DNA of 64,000 nucleotides from Escherichia coli (GTDB lineage Bacteria; Pseudomonadota; Gammaproteobacteria; Enterobacterales; Enterobacteriaceae): NCBI RefSeq assembly GCF_024502345.1, contig NZ_JALDNN010000001.1; one strand, 5' to 3'. Shown piece by piece: positions 63,756 to 64,000 of this stretch (position 1 is its first letter; each line of letters starts with the position of its first letter). The notes under the pieces were generated by a model. It saw only the letters and a program-made list of their open reading frames with translations, ran no database searches and was not told where the DNA came from. The position numbers and the translations under genes were made by a program.

Positions 63756-64000
63756 ATGCGGATTATCTTTCTACGCAAGGAGTATTTATCTCTACTCCCG
63801 TCAATGATTGCATCTCTTTTCTCTGCTAACGGTGTCGCGGCGGCCATTGATTTATGCCAGGGATATGATATCAAAGCGAGTTGTCACGCCAGCAGGCAAA
63901 GCCTTTCAGGCATTACGCAGGTCTGGAGTATCGCCGATGGGCAATGGCTGGTTTTTTCGGATATGACCAATAATGCCAGCGGTGGGGCCGTATTTTTGCA
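63756..64000 (+). CDS. yfaL: AIDA-type autotransporter adhesin YfaL, 5' end only (continues past window)
   Basis: The ATG at 63756 opens MRIIFLRKEYLSLLPSMIASLFSANGVAAAIDLCQGYDIKASCHASRQSLSGITQVWSIADGQWLVFSDMTNNASGGAVFL with no stop before the window end; an extended signal peptide typical of autotransporters. Confidence 0.8.
   Translation, partial: MRIIFLRKEYLSLLPSMIASLFSANGVAAAIDLCQGYDIKASCHASRQSLSGITQVWSIADGQWLVFSDMTNNASGGAVFL

Overview
This window reads as a contiguous, largely conserved stretch of Escherichia coli core chromosome, in the orientation where the nuo operon is on the + strand. All gene identifications below are from reading the supplied ORF translations and the DNA against remembered E. 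coli K-12 proteins; no search was run. Gene order is: yfbR (3' partial) - alaA - lrhA - nuoABC(D)EFGHIJKLMN (complex I, 13 genes) - yfbM - degraded yfbL - elaD split by an IS903-type insertion sequence - rbn - elaA - elaB - menFDHBCE - pmrD - arnFETDACB (reverse strand) - ais - nudI - yfaZ - yfaY - rhmRDTA - ypaA/yfaD(rpnE) - glpCBA (reverse) - glpTQ - an intact LysR regulator and MFS transporter pair - inaA - yfaE - nrdBA (reverse) - yfaL (5' partial). I found no rRNA, tRNA or CRISPR array. I do not see a convincing previously undescribed system: almost every ORF matches a well-characterised protein. The parts worth a second look are the strain-variable spots: (1) a 1057-bp IS903-type element with 18-bp terminal inverted repeats and a perfect 9-bp target-site duplication inserted inside elaD; (2) a decayed segment between nuoN and elaD, with a multiply frameshifted yfbL remnant and a roughly 500-bp AT-rich non-coding stretch carrying a perfect 14-bp-stem hairpin; (3) an old tandem duplication of the yfaD/rpnE C-terminal tail (ypaA) plus in-frame 24-bp tandem repeats; (4) an intact LysR + MFS pair where, from memory, K-12 has only the yfaH remnant. 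Known regulatory sites visible in the sequence include a PmrA/BasR box between arnB and ais, a CRP site between glpA and glpT, NrdR-like boxes and a DnaA box upstream of nrdA, REP/BIME elements, and several intrinsic terminators.
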